Shown: positions 61,742 to 64,000 of the stretch, in pieces
Layout of the letters: the number at the start of each line of letters is the position of its first letter
Numbering within the stretch: the first letter of the stretch is position 1
NCBI GenBank assembly: GCA_016281605.1
Contig: JAEEJA010000037.1
Location: 985 to 64,984, forward strand
Direction: 5' to 3'
DNA from: Lachnospiraceae bacterium
GTDB taxonomy: Bacteria > Bacillota > Clostridia > Lachnospirales > Lachnospiraceae
DNA length: 64,000 nt
Notes under the pieces: generated by a model
What the model was told of the DNA's origin: nothing
Database searches by the model: none
Seen by the model: only the letters and a program-made list of their open reading frames with translations
Made by a program: the position numbers and the translations under genes

Positions 61742-62383
61742 ATGATACAAGAAGAAATAAAAATCAGTCATCATATCAATAACAAAATAAAGATGAGACT
61801 TATACCGGGACATTTTGCAACCAGTCATAGTCATATCACTCATTATTTTGATATGACAATGCTAAAAATTCGTCAGGATGAAGCAAGACAGGTAGCAAGA
61901 ACCATAGCAAAACAGTATTCATATTCTACCATAGTTGATACCATAGTTTGTATGGATGGATGTGAAGTAATAGGAGCATTTTTGGCTGAAGAATTAAAGC
62001 AAAACGGAATCATGTCAATGAATAAACATGAGACCATATATGTAGTTACTCCTGAGATTAATTCCAGCAATCAGATTATTTTCAGGGACAATAATAAAGT
62101 TGCGATCACCAATAAGCATGTATTACTTCTTCTTGCATCAGCTACAACAGGAAAGACAATCTCAAGTGCACTGGAGTGCATCCAGTACTATGGCGGACAT
62201 GTAGCAGGCGTATCTGCTTTGTTCTCTGCAGCAAAGCAGGTTATGGGGCAGGAAGTTCACTCTATATTCTCAGAGATAGATGTTCCTGATTATAAGACCT
62301 ATACAGCTCATGATTGTCCACTTTGTAAAGCCGGAAAACCAATAGATGCAATGGTAAACAGTTATGGATATTCAGTCATCTAA
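61742..62383 (+). CDS. Phosphoribosyltransferase-like protein with a degenerate PRPP-binding loop
   Basis: Type I PRTase-like fold signature VLLLLASATTGKT, where the usual acidic pair DD reads AS. C-terminal CPLC. AAGGAGG RBS before the ATG at 61742. Confidence 0.6.
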   Translation: MIQEEIKISHHINNKIKMRLIPGHFATSHSHITHYFDMTMLKIRQDEARQVARTIAKQYSYSTIVDTIVCMDGCEVIGAFLAEELKQNGIMSMNKHETIYVVTPEINSSNQIIFRDNNKVAITNKHVLLLLASATTGKTISSALECIQYYGGHVAGVSALFSAAKQVMGQEVHSIFSEIDVPDYKTYTAHDCPLCKAGKPIDAMVNSYGYSVI

Positions 62384-62407
62384 CTTATATTTAAATCGAA
62401 TCTTATA

Positions 62408-62444
62408 ACAAAACAACGCATGAAAATTCATGCGTTGTTTTTTG
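62408..62444. terminator. Rho-independent terminator between convergent genes
   Basis: aaacaacgcatga-aaat-tcatgcgttgttt forms a 13-bp perfect stem, followed by a T-run. Confidence 0.85.
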
Positions 62445-62460
62445 GGTTATTATAAAATAC

Positions 62461-64000
62461 CTAAAACTTATACTTTTCAATGGTTTCATACAACTTTCCG
62501 GATTTTGATTCGTTGGTAGATGAAACATTTTCTAAGTCATTAATTTGATTTGTAATATTTGCACTTGACTCTGTAAGACTTTCAGTTGCCTTGGCACTTT
62601 CACTAACTGCTGTATTGATATCATTTAGATTTTGAGATACATCTGAAATCATATGAACAAGCGAATCGCTGTACATCTTAAGTCGTTGCATGTTTTCCTG
62701 TATCGTGGTAGTGGAAGCTTCATACTGTCTGCTGATTTCAACAAAAGAGTTATAATCGCTTACTACATTATTTTTTATAAATTCCGATAGTCTTTCAGAC
62801 GATGATAGAAGTATCTCAACAGAGTTTACTGCGGAGCGGCTAATGTCATTCATTGATTGGACAGCTTCTGAAATTGCAGTAGAGAGTCTTTCAACCTCAG
62901 TTGCAACCACTGCAAAGCCTTTACCGCTTTCTCCGGCTCTGGCTGCTTCTATCTGAGCATTAAGACTAAGCATCTTTGTCTGATCTGCAATCTCATTTAT
63001 TTGTCTTGAAATCTCTCTTACCTGATTTATATTTCTTGCACCTTCTATAGCAAGTTCTATATCATTTTGTATTGCATTGATCTCATCGAGAGTTTCTTTC
63101 TTATGATTTTTAGCAACTTCAAAGGAATTGCTGGCGTTTTCGTTTTCATCCTTTGCCATTTTATCGATACCAAGGATATTATCAGCAAACTTTAGTACCT
63201 GGAAATTAACATCACTAAGAGAGGTATTGATAGTTTCAACTGTAGTGCTACACTCTTGCATGTTAGCGCTTATTTTAAGTATGCTTTCATTTATGTCATA
63301 TACGGACTTTGCGTTATTTGATATAGTTTCATTAAGGGTATGTCCGGCTTCCACAATTGATTCTGAAGTAGTGGCAACATCTCCGATAAGGGTTCTTATC
63401 TGGAATATAAAACGATTAAAATTGTTGGCAATTACTTCGAATTCATCTCCTGTCATAAGATCTATAGTAACTGTTAAGTCACCTGAACCATGTGATATAT
63501 CAAGTATTTTATTATTCAAAACTTTAAATCTGTTAAGAAGTTGCTTTCTTACTACCAGCATAAGAACAAGCACAAATATAAAGAAAAGCGAGCATACTGA
63601 GATAATAAGCAGCTTAATTTTTCGTATCTGAGCAGCTATCCACTTTGCAGATAAATCAACTCCGACTACTCCAACTATTTTCTTGGATGAATCATATATA
63701 GGACTAAAAGCTGCTATATGAGTTCCCCATTTATCTGTATAGGTTTTATCATTAGCTACTGCTTTTCCTTTAAAGGCCTCTAAAGCTTTGCCTGAAGCGT
63801 CTGAAAACTCTTCTCCGGGAAGTGCCGGTACATCCTCATCCGGATCGACACCGTAAACTACATCGCCATCATTGTTTTTATTCAAGGTGTATATAAATTC
63901 AACACTACTGTTTTTAGCGAATCTAAGTAGGGTTTCATTGATGGATTTATACACAGGAGAATCCATTTTACCGTTTAACTCTACTTTTTTATACTCATCA
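62461..64000 (-). CDS. Methyl-accepting chemotaxis protein with Cache-like sensor and HAMP (5' end outside the window)
   Basis: Signalling-domain core [34 protein letters not shown] after the TM segment [21 protein letters not shown]. The reading frame stays open upstream of the Met at 63966 to the window edge (...[15 protein letters not shown]). Confidence 0.9.
   Translation of the reverse strand, partial: DEYKKVELNGKMDSPVYKSINETLLRFAKNSSVEFIYTLNKNNDGDVVYGVDPDEDVPALPGEEFSDASGKALEAFKGKAVANDKTYTDKWGTHIAAFSPIYDSSKKIVGVVGVDLSAKWIAAQIRKIKLLIISVCSLFFIFVLVLMLVVRKQLLNRFKVLNNKILDISHGSGDLTVTIDLMTGDEFEVIANNFNRFIFQIRTLIGDVATTSESIVEAGHTLNETISNNAKSVYDINESILKISANMQECSTTVETINTSLSDVNFQVLKFADNILGIDKMAKDENENASNSFEVAKNHKKETLDEINAIQNDIELAIEGARNINQVREISRQINEIADQTKMLSLNAQIEAARAGESGKGFAVVATEVERLSTAISEAVQSMNDISRSAVNSVEILLSSSERLSEFIKNNVVSDYNSFVEISRQYEASTTTIQENMQRLKMYSDSLVHMISDVSQNLNDINTAVSESAKATESLTESSANITNQINDLENVSSTNESKSGKLYETIEKYKF

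Overview
A 64-kb chromosomal window from a low-GC Firmicute. Gene content suggests a Clostridia/Lachnospiraceae-like gut or rumen anaerobe: ptb, GH5 and GH13 enzymes, a giant Flg_new-repeat surface protein, an MCP, and AGGAGG-type RBSs. That placement is inference only. All calls come from reading the ORF track and the DNA by eye; no database search was run.

Contents in order:
- An Sfp-type PPTase (minus strand).
- A folate operon: small membrane protein, HD hydrolase, folP, a folB-folK fusion, and folA with large insertions.
- A divergent EAL phosphodiesterase.
- A 3148-aa secreted giant protein with a Gly-rich GC-rich module, about 17 GYxFxGW...YAVW repeats, 33-bp tandem coiled-coil repeats and a C-terminal Ig-like domain.
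- A LytS-type histidine kinase, a REC/winged-helix regulator and an orphan 842-aa membrane protein.
- A 4-tRNA operon (CAU, Asp-GUC, Val-UAC, Leu-UAA) whose Asp-Val spacer is filled by 7 consecutive hairpins.
- MscS, a cytidylate-kinase-like protein, a catalytically degenerate Sir2 homologue, a DAG-kinase-family lipid kinase, an FkbM methyltransferase, a secreted acidic/PT-rich protein and an NSS transporter.
- An RNA-modification neighbourhood: cca, GH13, rsmE, cysteine desulfurase plus thiI, and a His15-less HPr-like protein plus mtaB on the minus strand.
- parE/parC-like type IIA topoisomerase, tex, GDPD, and a Big_2 plus beta-helix (Cthe_2159-like) secreted protein.
- The most interesting block (about 49.9-56.6 kb): a tightly packed operon with its own promoter. 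It encodes a double-zinc-ribbon membrane protein, a cytoplasmic ASST-fold protein, a TetM/EF-G-like GTPase fused to a YacP/Rae1-type NYN RNase, and a NusG paralogue with two KOW domains.
- A degenerate-GGDEF/EAL membrane protein, a GH5 lipoprotein, ptb, a PRTase-like protein with a degenerate PRPP loop, and a partial MCP.

No transposase, integrase, CRISPR array or rRNA was seen. Several short conserved intergenic motif families recur and are reported as findings.
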